Assembly (NCBI GenBank): GCA_036504095.1
Contig: DASXVS010000024.1
Location: forward strand, 145,257-209,256
Source: Armatimonadota bacterium
Lineage (GTDB): Bacteria > Armatimonadota > DTGP01 > JAKQQT01
Direction of reading: 5' to 3'
Length of the DNA stretch: 64,000 nucleotides
Shown: positions 18,567-27,310 of the stretch, piece by piece
Layout of the letters: every line of letters starts with the position of its first letter
Position numbering within the stretch: the first letter of the stretch is position 1
Made by a program: the position numbers and the translations under genes
Notes under the pieces: model-generated
The model's database searches: none
What the model was told of the DNA's origin: nothing
The model's input: only the letters and a program-made list of their open reading frames with translations

Positions 18567-20796
18567 ATGTCAGCGAGTCCGCGACGCTTGTCAGGAACTG
18601 CTTCAGGTACTCGTCGTATTTCGGGCCGGCTGTCGCGCGTATCTGCGCGATGACCAGCTCGTGATCCAGATCGACGCGGAGTATGCAGGCCGTCGCCGAG
18701 CCATGGCCGATGACACGATTGCCGAGGATCATGTCCTTCGGGTCTGTGGAGTTGGTTGGCGCCCCCGGTTTCGTCTCCCGGAACCACGTGAGACCGATGC
18801 CCCATTCCACGTCAACTTCCGGGTAGAACTCCTTCAGGCTTCGCGGAAGCATCTGGGCAAACGTCTCCTCGGAGACGAACTGCTTATCGCCATACCTTCC
18901 GTGATTCGCGAGAACCTGGCCGAGCGCCCCGAGCTGGTACGCGGTCAGCCGCGCCCCGTAGGCGAGGTCCGCCATCGGGACGTCGCCGATACCGAGCGGG
19001 CGATACAGGTTGTCGTGGAACAGCCGGATGATGCTCTTGCCGGTCATGGCCTCCATCGCCTTGCCGGCCAGGTCGTAGCCCATCCCGTTGTAGTTATGGG
19101 CGGCGCCCGGATCCAGGCTGTCGAGGCCGTTCAGCACCACGTTGTCCAGGTACGGGTTGTGGATGCCGCCCCACTCGCCGTGGCCAGCGAGCCCGCTCGT
19201 GTGGGTGAACAGATGGCGAAACGTGAGCGCCTTCTTGCCCTTGGTGGGGAACCCGGGGAGGTACTTGCCGATGGGATCGTCGATAGCGGTGAATCCCTGG
19301 TCAACAAACTGACTGAACAACATGCCGCTGACGGCCTTTGTGATCGAGGCCACATCATGGCGGTAGTCGAGCGGCAACGGGGTTCCGTCTGCCGACTTAC
19401 CGAACGCTTGATGCGTGATGATGGCGCCATGCCGCGCCACGAGGATGGTGAACGGCTCGCCGGAGTCCTCGGCCCACTTGCGGCATACGGCGTCGATTCG
19501 CTCTTTGGCATCCGCCTTCACGCCGGCCTCTGCCGGCGTTCCGGCGTGAAGCACTTCGGCCGGGCTGCCGGACACCGTTTTCGGCGGCGCCAACGGACGA
19601 ACCTTGTCCGCGCGCTTCTCGAGTTTCAGCCTGAGGGCCAGGTGATAGTCATCGTACTTGACGTCCGGGCCATCGAGGACGCCCGCCGGCGATCCCGTAG
19701 GCTTGGCGTCGATGAGCGCCGCAAGCACGCCCGCGCCGGCCTGGGACGACAGAAACGACTCCCGGAAGATGCCGCCGGCGGCGTTGGCGACATTTATCCG
19801 CTGCTCATCCCACACTTTTGGATCGATGGGCGAACCCAGATACGGCACGTCCAGACCCCATTCCGCGCCAAAGAGCGAAGCTGCTGACACGCCGCAGAAC
19901 GTCATCGCCCGCTTCACGACCATACCGTCCTTGGTTTTGCCTTCGATATATGCCCCATAGCGGCCGGGAGCCTTTGGCGCCTTCACCTCATTCAGGTCTT
20001 TGTCAAACCATCGCACCGTTAGCGGAACGTCGCCGGCCAGTTCCCGCACATGGTCGACATCACGCCATACGATTCTGGGGAAGCGGCCCTCCTCCGCCGA
20101 GAAGGCGTAGCCGGGCCACATGGTGGCCGGCACAACCTCCTGGTTCTGGAAATCGCGGTTGTCTTCGGCCTTTTTGAGCGCGAGAGTGATGTCTTCGGCC
20201 TCTTTACCGGTGAACGCTTCCATCCCCAGGACCCAGGCTCCGGTGGCGTTTTCCACTTTCGCCAGAATGGTGTTCGTGCCCTTGCGCAAGCGAACGTTGA
20301 ACCGGTCCTGGCGCGCGACGTAACCCCGGCCCGGGAATAGCAGTGTCTCGAAGACGTTCTTGCCATTGACGAATACCTTGACGCCATCGTCCGATCCCAG
20401 GAAGAAGACCGCTTCCTGGTCCGCCGGAGCGTTCAGTTCCGCGTAGGCGTAGGCGAGCTTGTGGTCGGTGAACGGGTAATGAAGGGCGAAATCCAGCGTG
20501 TTTCCGGAAAGCCGAACGCTTTTGGCGGAGACGGTATCGCCGCCTGGCGTGGCCAATGTCGTTTCCGGCCGGATTCTGGCCTTCGCCTCTCCGCCGATGG
20601 GCGAGAGGTAATCGGTATCGAAAGCGCCCCGGTCGTCCGGTCCCGATCTCTCGGGATTCTGGAAGGGGCCGATGATCACCCAGTCCTTGATGAACCCGCT
20701 GAACGGGGGAGGTGTCTCAGCGGCCAGGGCAGGAGCAGCGATCGCCGAGACGGCAATCACAGCCGGAATCAGCAGGGGAAGTGTGCCGATACTCAT
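18565..20796 (-). CDS. secreted serine hydrolase of the beta-lactamase/PBP-like family with a large N-terminal domain
   Basis: SxxK motif VASITKAVSG. Signal peptide. Confidence 0.65.
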   Translation of the reverse strand: MSIGTLPLLIPAVIAVSAIAAPALAAETPPPFSGFIKDWVIIGPFQNPERSGPDDRGAFDTDYLSPIGGEAKARIRPETTLATPGGDTVSAKSVRLSGNTLDFALHYPFTDHKLAYAYAELNAPADQEAVFFLGSDDGVKVFVNGKNVFETLLFPGRGYVARQDRFNVRLRKGTNTILAKVENATGAWVLGMEAFTGKEAEDITLALKKAEDNRDFQNQEVVPATMWPGYAFSAEEGRFPRIVWRDVDHVRELAGDVPLTVRWFDKDLNEVKAPKAPGRYGAYIEGKTKDGMVVKRAMTFCGVSAASLFGAEWGLDVPYLGSPIDPKVWDEQRINVANAAGGIFRESFLSSQAGAGVLAALIDAKPTGSPAGVLDGPDVKYDDYHLALRLKLEKRADKVRPLAPPKTVSGSPAEVLHAGTPAEAGVKADAKERIDAVCRKWAEDSGEPFTILVARHGAIITHQAFGKSADGTPLPLDYRHDVASITKAVSGMLFSQFVDQGFTAIDDPIGKYLPGFPTKGKKALTFRHLFTHTSGLAGHGEWGGIHNPYLDNVVLNGLDSLDPGAAHNYNGMGYDLAGKAMEAMTGKSIIRLFHDNLYRPLGIGDVPMADLAYGARLTAYQLGALGQVLANHGRYGDKQFVSEETFAQMLPRSLKEFYPEVDVEWGIGLTWFRETKPGAPTNSTDPKDMILGNRVIGHGSATACILRVDLDHELVIAQIRATAGPKYDEYLKQFLTSVADSLT

Positions 20797-20998
20797 TTCG
20801 TGGTCCTCGTACTAACGTTTCAGCGATGCGGTTACCTGTGACCGGCGGGTGGATCGCAGCCGGTTATTGTCCTCGTGACCCGTCGGGGCCAGGAGGAATA
20901 TCGTATGGCAGGCGACCGATGCTCAATGACAAACGATATCACTTCCGGCTTGGCGGTTCCAACCGGAAGGGCGGCGGGCGGCACGGTGAGGGGTGAAT

Positions 20999-21301
20999 TT
21001 ACCGGCCGAATCGGACGGCTGAGCGCGCTCTGGCCTTGGCGGCCTCTCCCTGGCGGTCTTTCGGCGCGGAGGTTGATTCCAAGGACGTAAGGAGGCGGCC
21101 GGAAGCCGCGGCGATTTCATCAACAGCCCGTGCGAAGGCGGCATCGTTTGCCTTCGACGGGCTGTTGAACCCGCTGATTTTGCGAACGAACTGCAGCGAC
21201 GCGGCGCGAATCTCGTCGTCCGTGGCCGGCGGCTCGAAATTGTACAGCGTTCGGATATTCCTGCACATACCTTCCTCCTCCGCCGGCCCGTATCCACTCA
21301 A
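20999..21301 (-). CDS. DUF2277-family protein
   Basis: N-terminus MCRNIRTLYNFEPP is characteristic of DUF2277. Confidence 0.6.
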   Translation of the reverse strand: MSGYGPAEEEGMCRNIRTLYNFEPPATDDEIRAASLQFVRKISGFNSPSKANDAAFARAVDEIAAASGRLLTSLESTSAPKDRQGEAAKARARSAVRFGR

Positions 21302-21314
21302 ACGCCAGTGTCTC

Positions 21315-21728
21315 TCACTCCGGTTTGTCGCAGTTGATCATCCAGGGGATGCCGAACCGGTCCACGAGCATGCCGAAACGCGCAGCCCAGAAGGTCTCCT
21401 GAATCGGCATCTTGATCGTACCGTTTTCGGCCAGTAGGCCGAATATGCGATCGGCTTCGGCCGGTGAACCGGCCGAAAGTGATACCGAGAATCCTTTCGG
21501 CGCCTCATACCATTCCGGCGGGGAGTCGGAGCCCATCAGTACCGTGCCGCCCAGTTCAAGACGAGCGTGCATGATCTTGTCCTGCCATTCCGGGGGCGTC
21601 TGCGGCCCAGCCGGGGTTTCCCGGTGAGTGTGCATGGCTGTGATCTTGCCTCCCAGGCACTGCGCATAGAACTTGAAAGCCTCTTCGCACTGACCGCTGA
21701 AAAACAGGTAAGGTTCAACTTGCATCAT
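21315..21728 (-). CDS. VOC/glyoxalase-superfamily protein, PhnB-like
   Basis: YLFFSGQCEEAFKFY is a PhnB/3-demethylubiquinone-methyltransferase-like N-terminus. Confidence 0.65.
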   Translation of the reverse strand: MMQVEPYLFFSGQCEEAFKFYAQCLGGKITAMHTHRETPAGPQTPPEWQDKIMHARLELGGTVLMGSDSPPEWYEAPKGFSVSLSAGSPAEADRIFGLLAENGTIKMPIQETFWAARFGMLVDRFGIPWMINCDKPE

Positions 21729-21770
21729 ATTTTCCTTTCACGGAGTTCAAATGAACGACCCGGACCAGGC

Positions 21771-22067
21771 TTAACCCCCGGCTATGGCGCCTATCACGAG
21801 AAACGGTTCCTTCCCCGAAGCCACGTCGTCCGGCAGCGGGGCGTCCGGCGAATCCAGCGACAGGTCCTGACCGCACGCGAAGAAGCGGATGAACGCGCGG
21901 CGCGCCAGCGTGCCGTGGTCCCGTATTGTGCCCCGCAGCATGGGGTAGCGGGCCTCGAGGGCGTCGAGGACCGATCGCTGTGTGACCGGTCCTTCCACCT
22001 CCAATTCCAATTCCCCGTGGACGCCGGCCAGAGTCCGCAGGTTGGCCGGCAGCTCTAGCCGTATCAT
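21771..22067 (-). CDS. MoaD/ThiS/CysO-family ubiquitin-like sulfur-carrier protein (C-terminal Gly-Gly)
   Basis: [11 protein letters not shown]...[11 protein letters not shown]...VLDAL...[22 protein letters not shown] is a MoaD/CysO pattern ending in GG. The start ATG overlaps the upstream gene's TGA (ATGA). Confidence 0.7.
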   Translation of the reverse strand: MIRLELPANLRTLAGVHGELELEVEGPVTQRSVLDALEARYPMLRGTIRDHGTLARRAFIRFFACGQDLSLDSPDAPLPDDVASGKEPFLVIGAIAGG

Positions 22068-23230
22068 TGAAGTGTTTGGACCTCCACCGACAGGACCGCC
22101 GGCAAGTCTCGCACGATGGGAGCCCACGTATCGCCGGAGTTTGCGGAAGCGTAGACCTGCCCGCCGGTTGTGCCGAAATAGATGCCGCAGGAATCGAGCG
22201 AATCCACGGCCATCGCGTCGCGCAGGACGTTCACGTAGCAGTCACTCTGCGGCAGCCCGTTGGTCAGGGCCTCCCATTCGTTGCCGCCGGTGCGGCTGCG
22301 GTAGACGCGCAGTTTGCCGTCGGGCACGAAATGCTCGGAATCGCTCTTGATCGGAACGACGTAGATCGTGTCCGGCTCGTGTGCGTGAACGTCGATCGGG
22401 AACCCGAAGTCGGACGGCAGGTTGCCGCTCACCTCGTACCACGAATCACCGGCGTTGTCGCTTCGCATGATGTCCCAATGTTTCTGCATGAAGAGCACGT
22501 CCGGGCGCGACGGGTGCATCGCGATCCTGTGGACACAGTGTCCGACGTCGGCGTCTTGATCCGGGATGTACTCGGAGCGCAGTCCGCGGTTGATCGGTTT
22601 CCACGTCGTGCCGCCGTCGTCGGTCCTGAACGCTCCCGCGGCCGAGATGGCGATGAACATCCGCCCCGGGTTGCCCGGATCCTGGATGATGGTGTGCAGA
22701 CACATTCCGCCCGCTCCCGGCTGCCAGCGCGGCCCCGACTCGTGCTGCCGCAGGCCGGCAACCTCCTGCCAAGAGGCGCCGCCATCGGCCGATTTGAACA
22801 ATGCGGCGTCCTCCACGCCGGCGTAAACGGTGTTCGGATCGGTGAGCGACGGCTCCAGGTGCCAGACCCGCTTGAACTCCCAGGGGTGCTGTGTGCCGTC
22901 GTACCACATGTGGGTGCCCGGCGTGCCCTCGTAGACGAACTTGTTGCTCTCTCCCATGGGCATGCCATCCGGCGTCGTCGACGGCCCGCCGCCCGGCGTT
23001 TCCCACGACTTGCCGCCGTCGCTCGATCGCTGGATCACCTGGCCGAACCAGCCACTGGTCTGCGAGGCGTATATCCGGTCCGGGTCGGCGGGCGAGCCCT
23101 TCATATGGTAAATCTCCCAGCCTGTGAACTGGGGGCCTGAAACGTCCCACTTTGCACGCTTTTCGTCCGATGTCAGGATGAAAGCGCCTTTCTTTGTGCC
23201 AACCAGCACGCGTACTCCGCTCATTGTCAC
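22064..23230 (-). CDS. BNR/Asp-box repeat protein (sialidase/xyloglucanase-like beta-propeller)
   Basis: Five Asp-box repeats: [39 protein letters not shown]. Confidence 0.75.
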   Translation of the reverse strand: MTMSGVRVLVGTKKGAFILTSDEKRAKWDVSGPQFTGWEIYHMKGSPADPDRIYASQTSGWFGQVIQRSSDGGKSWETPGGGPSTTPDGMPMGESNKFVYEGTPGTHMWYDGTQHPWEFKRVWHLEPSLTDPNTVYAGVEDAALFKSADGGASWQEVAGLRQHESGPRWQPGAGGMCLHTIIQDPGNPGRMFIAISAAGAFRTDDGGTTWKPINRGLRSEYIPDQDADVGHCVHRIAMHPSRPDVLFMQKHWDIMRSDNAGDSWYEVSGNLPSDFGFPIDVHAHEPDTIYVVPIKSDSEHFVPDGKLRVYRSRTGGNEWEALTNGLPQSDCYVNVLRDAMAVDSLDSCGIYFGTTGGQVYASANSGDTWAPIVRDLPAVLSVEVQTLQ

Positions 23231-23492
23231 TCCTCTCTATCCGGTTCCTTCTACGGGCCGAAAATCACTCCGGCCGGACCGTAAAACGTCGCGCATTTGC
23301 CACGAGTCACTAATGATGCCACGGGAGGCGGCGTTGTGGCTACATGAAGAAACACGGCGTCATCCAGCGGTGCTCCGGGTAATGGGGGATGAAAAATGGA
23401 GCGTGCAAAATGAAAAGTGGCGGACCGGGGCTGGTCCGCCACTCTGCACGATCTGTCATTCAGGCCGGGTTTGCCCGGTTTCAGTCAGGGTC

Positions 23493-23819
23493 CTACACGT
23501 TGTCTGCAATCGACACATGCGTGACTGCCCCATCGGCGTCAGGCTTCTTGGGCCGGATGACGATCTCAACATCCTGGTCGAGCGCATTCAAGCACTGGAA
23601 CAGCCGTTCAAGCGTAAAGCCTTTCAGCCTCCCACGCGTGATGTCCGAGACGTTCGGCTGTGTAAGGCCAGTTCGACGGGCCGCCTGCGCTTGGGTCAAA
23701 CCCAAGGAGGCGATGACCTCGTGAATACGATAGGCAACGCGCGCCTTGGCCAGGCGCTCCTCTGGTTCCGGCAGACCGAGATCGGCGAAAACGTTACCGC
23801 TTCCTGTTGTGAACTCCAT
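23493..23819 (-). CDS. higA: HigA-like XRE-family HTH antitoxin
   Basis: HTH LTQAQAARRTGLTQPNVSDI. Immediately downstream of the toxin gene with a 1-nt overlap. Confidence 0.7.
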   Translation of the reverse strand: MEFTTGSGNVFADLGLPEPEERLAKARVAYRIHEVIASLGLTQAQAARRTGLTQPNVSDITRGRLKGFTLERLFQCLNALDQDVEIVIRPKKPDADGAVTHVSIADNV

Positions 23820-24208
23820 CAGACCCTACCCCCAAAGTGCTCAGAGTGGTGCTTCGCGGCGTCGGCCAGTCGTTGTCGGATCAGTGCGAGGTCGTGCTGG
23901 CTTGTCTTGCGCCCAACACGGCTCTTCTTCTGGAACGCGTGCAACACGTAGATCGCATCAGCGAATCTCACCGTGAACACGGTCCGGTATGTGTCCCCAT
24001 CAAAGTCGTCCCGGATCTCGAGGACGCTCGCTCCACCGAACCCGCGCAACGGCTTGACGTGAGGCGCCGTGCCACCCTCCTGGACGATCTGAAGGGCATA
24101 GCCGAAGGTATCCTTCACGTCCTCGGGCATCCGGCGCAGGTCGTCGAGGGGCGAGCCAAGCCAAATCAGCGGTCGGTCTGCATCCATTCCGTGTAGTGCA
24201 TCGCTCAA
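23819..24208 (-). CDS. higB: RelE/ParE-superfamily toxin (HigB/Gp49-like)
   Basis: KPL.GFGG.SVLEIR...YRTVF...IYVLHAFQKKS is the Gp49/HigB signature. Alternative start at internal MDADRP (24187). Confidence 0.7.
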   Translation of the reverse strand: MSDALHGMDADRPLIWLGSPLDDLRRMPEDVKDTFGYALQIVQEGGTAPHVKPLRGFGGASVLEIRDDFDGDTYRTVFTVRFADAIYVLHAFQKKSRVGRKTSQHDLALIRQRLADAAKHHSEHFGGRV

Positions 24209-24298
24209 GGCATTATACCATTTCTAATATAAACCTGTCACTTTGGCAGCAGCGTGTCTCGAACCCAGTCTCTCGGAACTCGAAACCCCGAACCCCCC

Positions 24299-25582
24299 TT
24301 ACCACCTCGGCTGTTCGGCCTCGCTGGGCTTTGGGAGCACGGCTTCCGGCGCTTTCGCGTCCGGCTGCGGGGCTCGGAAGTCCGGGACCGGGACCTTCTG
24401 CTGGTACACTGTCTTGAGCAGCGTGTCCAGTTTGCTTGCGTCCTTCACCGTGGACTCGGGGTCCTCGCCCATCAGGCTGTCGAACGCGAAGAAGCTGATG
24501 CCCTGGACGCCCAGCGTGCGACCCACCTTCACCTTCTCGGCGTCGCTTGCCCCGGTGAGCAGCCAGTCGCCGATGCCGGCCCAAAGGTGCGTCTTGTGCC
24601 GGTTCTCCATCGCGGCCTTCACCCAACCGGCCCACTGGCCGGTATCCGTGTGGTACGTCATCGGGATAGCGATATCGAGGATGCCCTCTCGCATCCAGCC
24701 GAACCAGTCCTGGAACGTGCTGTTGTACGGCTCCGAATCCTCCCATTTAGTAAACGCGCCCCACGGGATGAGCGCGGCGGAAACCGCCACGTTGGGCTTG
24801 ATGGCCTTCACGTCCTTGTAGATGCGGCGCACGAGGCCCGTCACGTTGTCGCGCCGCCACTGCGCCCATTTCGCCGGGTACATCGCCGGCCAGGCGTCGC
24901 GTGCCGGCATCAGGTCCATCGCCTCGCGCTCTTCGGGAGTCAGCGCGGGCAGGATGGTCGATTTGAACGCCTTGATGTCGCTGTCATTGAAACCCATGTC
25001 GCGGTTAGGGTAGCGGACGTAGTCAAAGTGGATACCGTCCACGTTGTAGCGCCGCGCCACGTCCAGGAAGACATCGTGGATGTGCTTGCGGGCATCCGGG
25101 TTGCCGGGATCGAGGAACGCGCCTTCGAGGTTGGGGCTGGCGACGAGCGGCACGCTGCCCAGGCGGTCGGCCATCAGCCACTCGGGGTGCGCGTTGACGA
25201 CGTGCTTCGGATCCTTCGGTTTGGAGGTACCGCCCCACACGTAGCACGTGTTCAACCACGCGTGGACCTGGAGGCCGGATTTGTGGCCCAGGTCGATGGC
25301 GGTCTGCAGGGGGTCGAAATCGGCGGGCTGCTTGTCCAGCGCTTCTGCGCGCGGTTCGAGGCCGTTCAGGTAGTAGGCGTCGCCGCGGCCGCGCACTTGT
25401 ACGATAATCGCATTGAAGTTGTACTTCACCGCGGTATCGACCACGCGCTGGATATTCTGCGGGGTGGTCATGTCGTAGCGCACGACCCAGATTGCGCGCG
25501 CCTCCGGCTTGGTCGAGACGGCGTCTTCCGCCATGGCGAACCCTCCCATCAGGAGCAGGAGCGAGAACAACAGAACCTTCAT
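24299..25582 (-). CDS. secreted glycoside-hydrolase-like family 10 (GHL10/DUF187, YngK-like) protein
   Basis: Signal peptide. IWVVRYDMTTP...FNAIIVQVRGRGDAYY is typical of GHL10. Confidence 0.6.
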   Translation of the reverse strand: MKVLLFSLLLLMGGFAMAEDAVSTKPEARAIWVVRYDMTTPQNIQRVVDTAVKYNFNAIIVQVRGRGDAYYLNGLEPRAEALDKQPADFDPLQTAIDLGHKSGLQVHAWLNTCYVWGGTSKPKDPKHVVNAHPEWLMADRLGSVPLVASPNLEGAFLDPGNPDARKHIHDVFLDVARRYNVDGIHFDYVRYPNRDMGFNDSDIKAFKSTILPALTPEEREAMDLMPARDAWPAMYPAKWAQWRRDNVTGLVRRIYKDVKAIKPNVAVSAALIPWGAFTKWEDSEPYNSTFQDWFGWMREGILDIAIPMTYHTDTGQWAGWVKAAMENRHKTHLWAGIGDWLLTGASDAEKVKVGRTLGVQGISFFAFDSLMGEDPESTVKDASKLDTLLKTVYQQKVPVPDFRAPQPDAKAPEAVLPKPSEAEQPRW

Positions 25583-25726
25583 GCGGGCCTCCTGAGGAGA
25601 TGATAGGTGGTATTTTCACCACGGAGGAAACGGAGTACACGGAGGTGCACGGAGGAATTCGATGTCTGAATTGATCCTCTATGAACCTCCGTGCCCTCAG
25701 TGTCCTCCGTGGTTCATTTCGGAGCC

Positions 25727-25843
25727 TACAGGGTTCGGCCCAGCGCTTCCGCCAGCGGTTTCAGTTCGCCCATCAGGCGGTTGAAGTCGCTGAACGTGAG
25801 GCTCTGCATGCCGTCTTTCAGCGCGGTCTTCGGCCTGTCTCAG
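25727..25843 (-). pseudogene. 3'-terminal remnant (~38 codons, no start) of a second DAHP synthase gene
   Basis: The minus strand reads DRPKTALKDGMQSLTFSDFNRLMGELKPLAEALGRTL*. The C-terminus of the intact DAHP synthase at 27311.. reads NPKTALKDGMQSLTFSDFRRLMGELKPLVEALGRTM*. The two share ~80% nucleotide identity over ~110 bp, and a stop codon lies immediately upstream of the remnant. Confidence 0.8.
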
Positions 25844-26727
25844 TCTGCTGCGGGAGACACAGAGCCATCCTGATTGCTCGAAAGCAACCATTCGCCCGAC
25901 GCAGGATCATTCTCAATGAGCCCCTTCTTCTTCAGGGCCTGTTGCGCATGTCGCAACCGGTGTTGCCAAATCACGCGGCGATCTCCGCTGATGATCCGGG
26001 AAACTGAGTCGTCGCACAGATCTGGATGGATAGCAGGGACCATCTCGTAGAGGTCCTGCGTTGACAGACGGCGATCCGACAACAAGTAGAGTACCGTGTC
26101 AGCGAAAATGCTCTGCAGGGATCTGCCCTTTAGGCGGATACGGACGAGGTCGTCTTGAGCGTTCTGCCGCAATTCCGACGACGCGGCTCGAAGTTTCGCC
26201 CTGATTGACCTCTGTTCTTCGGAAACGGCAACGCGGATTTCGGTCACTTGGCTCTGAAGACTCAGCAAACGATCTGGGCTGACCAATCCGCCAAGCCGAG
26301 CGTAGCGCCGTATGTCGTGGTTTACGCGCTTCACGACTGACTCTTCAGTCACCCGCACGCCATACTCGAGGTTGCCTCGGAACCCGCCCTCTGTGAAGTT
26401 CGCAGAGCCGATCAATGCCAAAGAGTCTCCGGAAGTGAACACCTTGGCGTGAATACGTGGCAGGTAGATTAGTCGCGTCTTCGGCAGATGCTCGCACAGA
26501 TAGATTAACGCCGCGACATCGGTGCTTCCCTGGACCAAGTTGGATGCCGAGATGTCCGTGACAACAGTCACAGATACAGCATTCTGCGCACCCTTTTCAC
26601 GGACTCCATCTACCAACAGGCGCATTGGGCCTTGCGTGATGTATGGGGAGCAGATTACGCAGCGCGTCTGGACGCTGTCGATGAACGCGCCGAATGCCGA
26701 CGCAAACGGCGAGGCCATTAGTTCCAA
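25840..26727 (-). CDS. phospholipase-D-family nuclease with a single HKD motif, a coiled-coil middle region and a C-terminal putative winged-helix domain
   Basis: HKD motif IHAKVFTSGDSLALIGSANFT (HxKx4Dx6GSxN). C-terminal LYEMV...VIWQHRLRHAQQALKKKGLIE. Local GC is lower than the flanks. Confidence 0.7.
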   Translation of the reverse strand: MELMASPFASAFGAFIDSVQTRCVICSPYITQGPMRLLVDGVREKGAQNAVSVTVVTDISASNLVQGSTDVAALIYLCEHLPKTRLIYLPRIHAKVFTSGDSLALIGSANFTEGGFRGNLEYGVRVTEESVVKRVNHDIRRYARLGGLVSPDRLLSLQSQVTEIRVAVSEEQRSIRAKLRAASSELRQNAQDDLVRIRLKGRSLQSIFADTVLYLLSDRRLSTQDLYEMVPAIHPDLCDDSVSRIISGDRRVIWQHRLRHAQQALKKKGLIENDPASGEWLLSSNQDGSVSPAAD

Positions 26728-26892
26728 TGGTGTTTAACCTCTCGGTCCGGATTTAGCGGTTAGTTGTGTGTGTCCACCGCTCGGTCAGCGGTTTGGCAGG
26801 CATCTCCCGAGAATCGGCGTGGCCGATCCTGACGCTCAATGTGCTGCGCCAACGAGACTCCCCCCACGGCGGAACAAGCGCAAGATCCGTGC

Positions 26893-27138
26893 TCATTCAC
26901 CAAAGACGACTTCCACCGGTTCCTCTTCGAGGATGGACACGGCGACCTCATCGTCCAATTCGCCCTCCAAGTCGTCGTTCAGATCGACTACGACCGTTCC
27001 ATCCTCGGTCTCAAATTCCGTCCATACGTCCCCCATCGAGTCGTAATGGTCGCAAATCAGAATCCCATCTTCCCCGAGTACTAACGTCGCTCGGTCTACT
27101 TCCACGCAGGCACCGGGCTTGAGGATGATCCTTGCCAT
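26893..27138 (-). CDS. small (81 aa) highly acidic protein (D/E-rich C-terminal half)
   Basis: AGGAGGAG RBS 5 nt before the ATG. Sequence MARIILKPGACVEVDRATLVLGEDGILICDHYDSMGDVWTEFETEDGTVVVDLNDDLEGELDDEVAVSILEEEPVEVVFGE. Same strand and immediately upstream of the PLD nuclease. Confidence 0.6.
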   Translation of the reverse strand: MARIILKPGACVEVDRATLVLGEDGILICDHYDSMGDVWTEFETEDGTVVVDLNDDLEGELDDEVAVSILEEEPVEVVFGE

Positions 27139-27310
27139 GCTTCTTCTCCTCCTAGACTGTGCCCAGAGGTGAAGCCGCCGCGCTCGATCCGCTGTTTTCA
27201 GCGCGATTGTAACGCCCGCTGAGCGGCCGTATTATGACATAGTGCCGAGCGCCATGGCAAGGTGATTGTTCGTCTGCACGTCCCCGCGGCCTCCGCGTTG
27301 AAACCGCAGC

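Noticed and set aside
24254-25603. 449-aa plus-strand ORF opposite the GHL10 gene
   Set aside because: Antisense artefact. The minus-strand frame has a signal peptide and family motifs.
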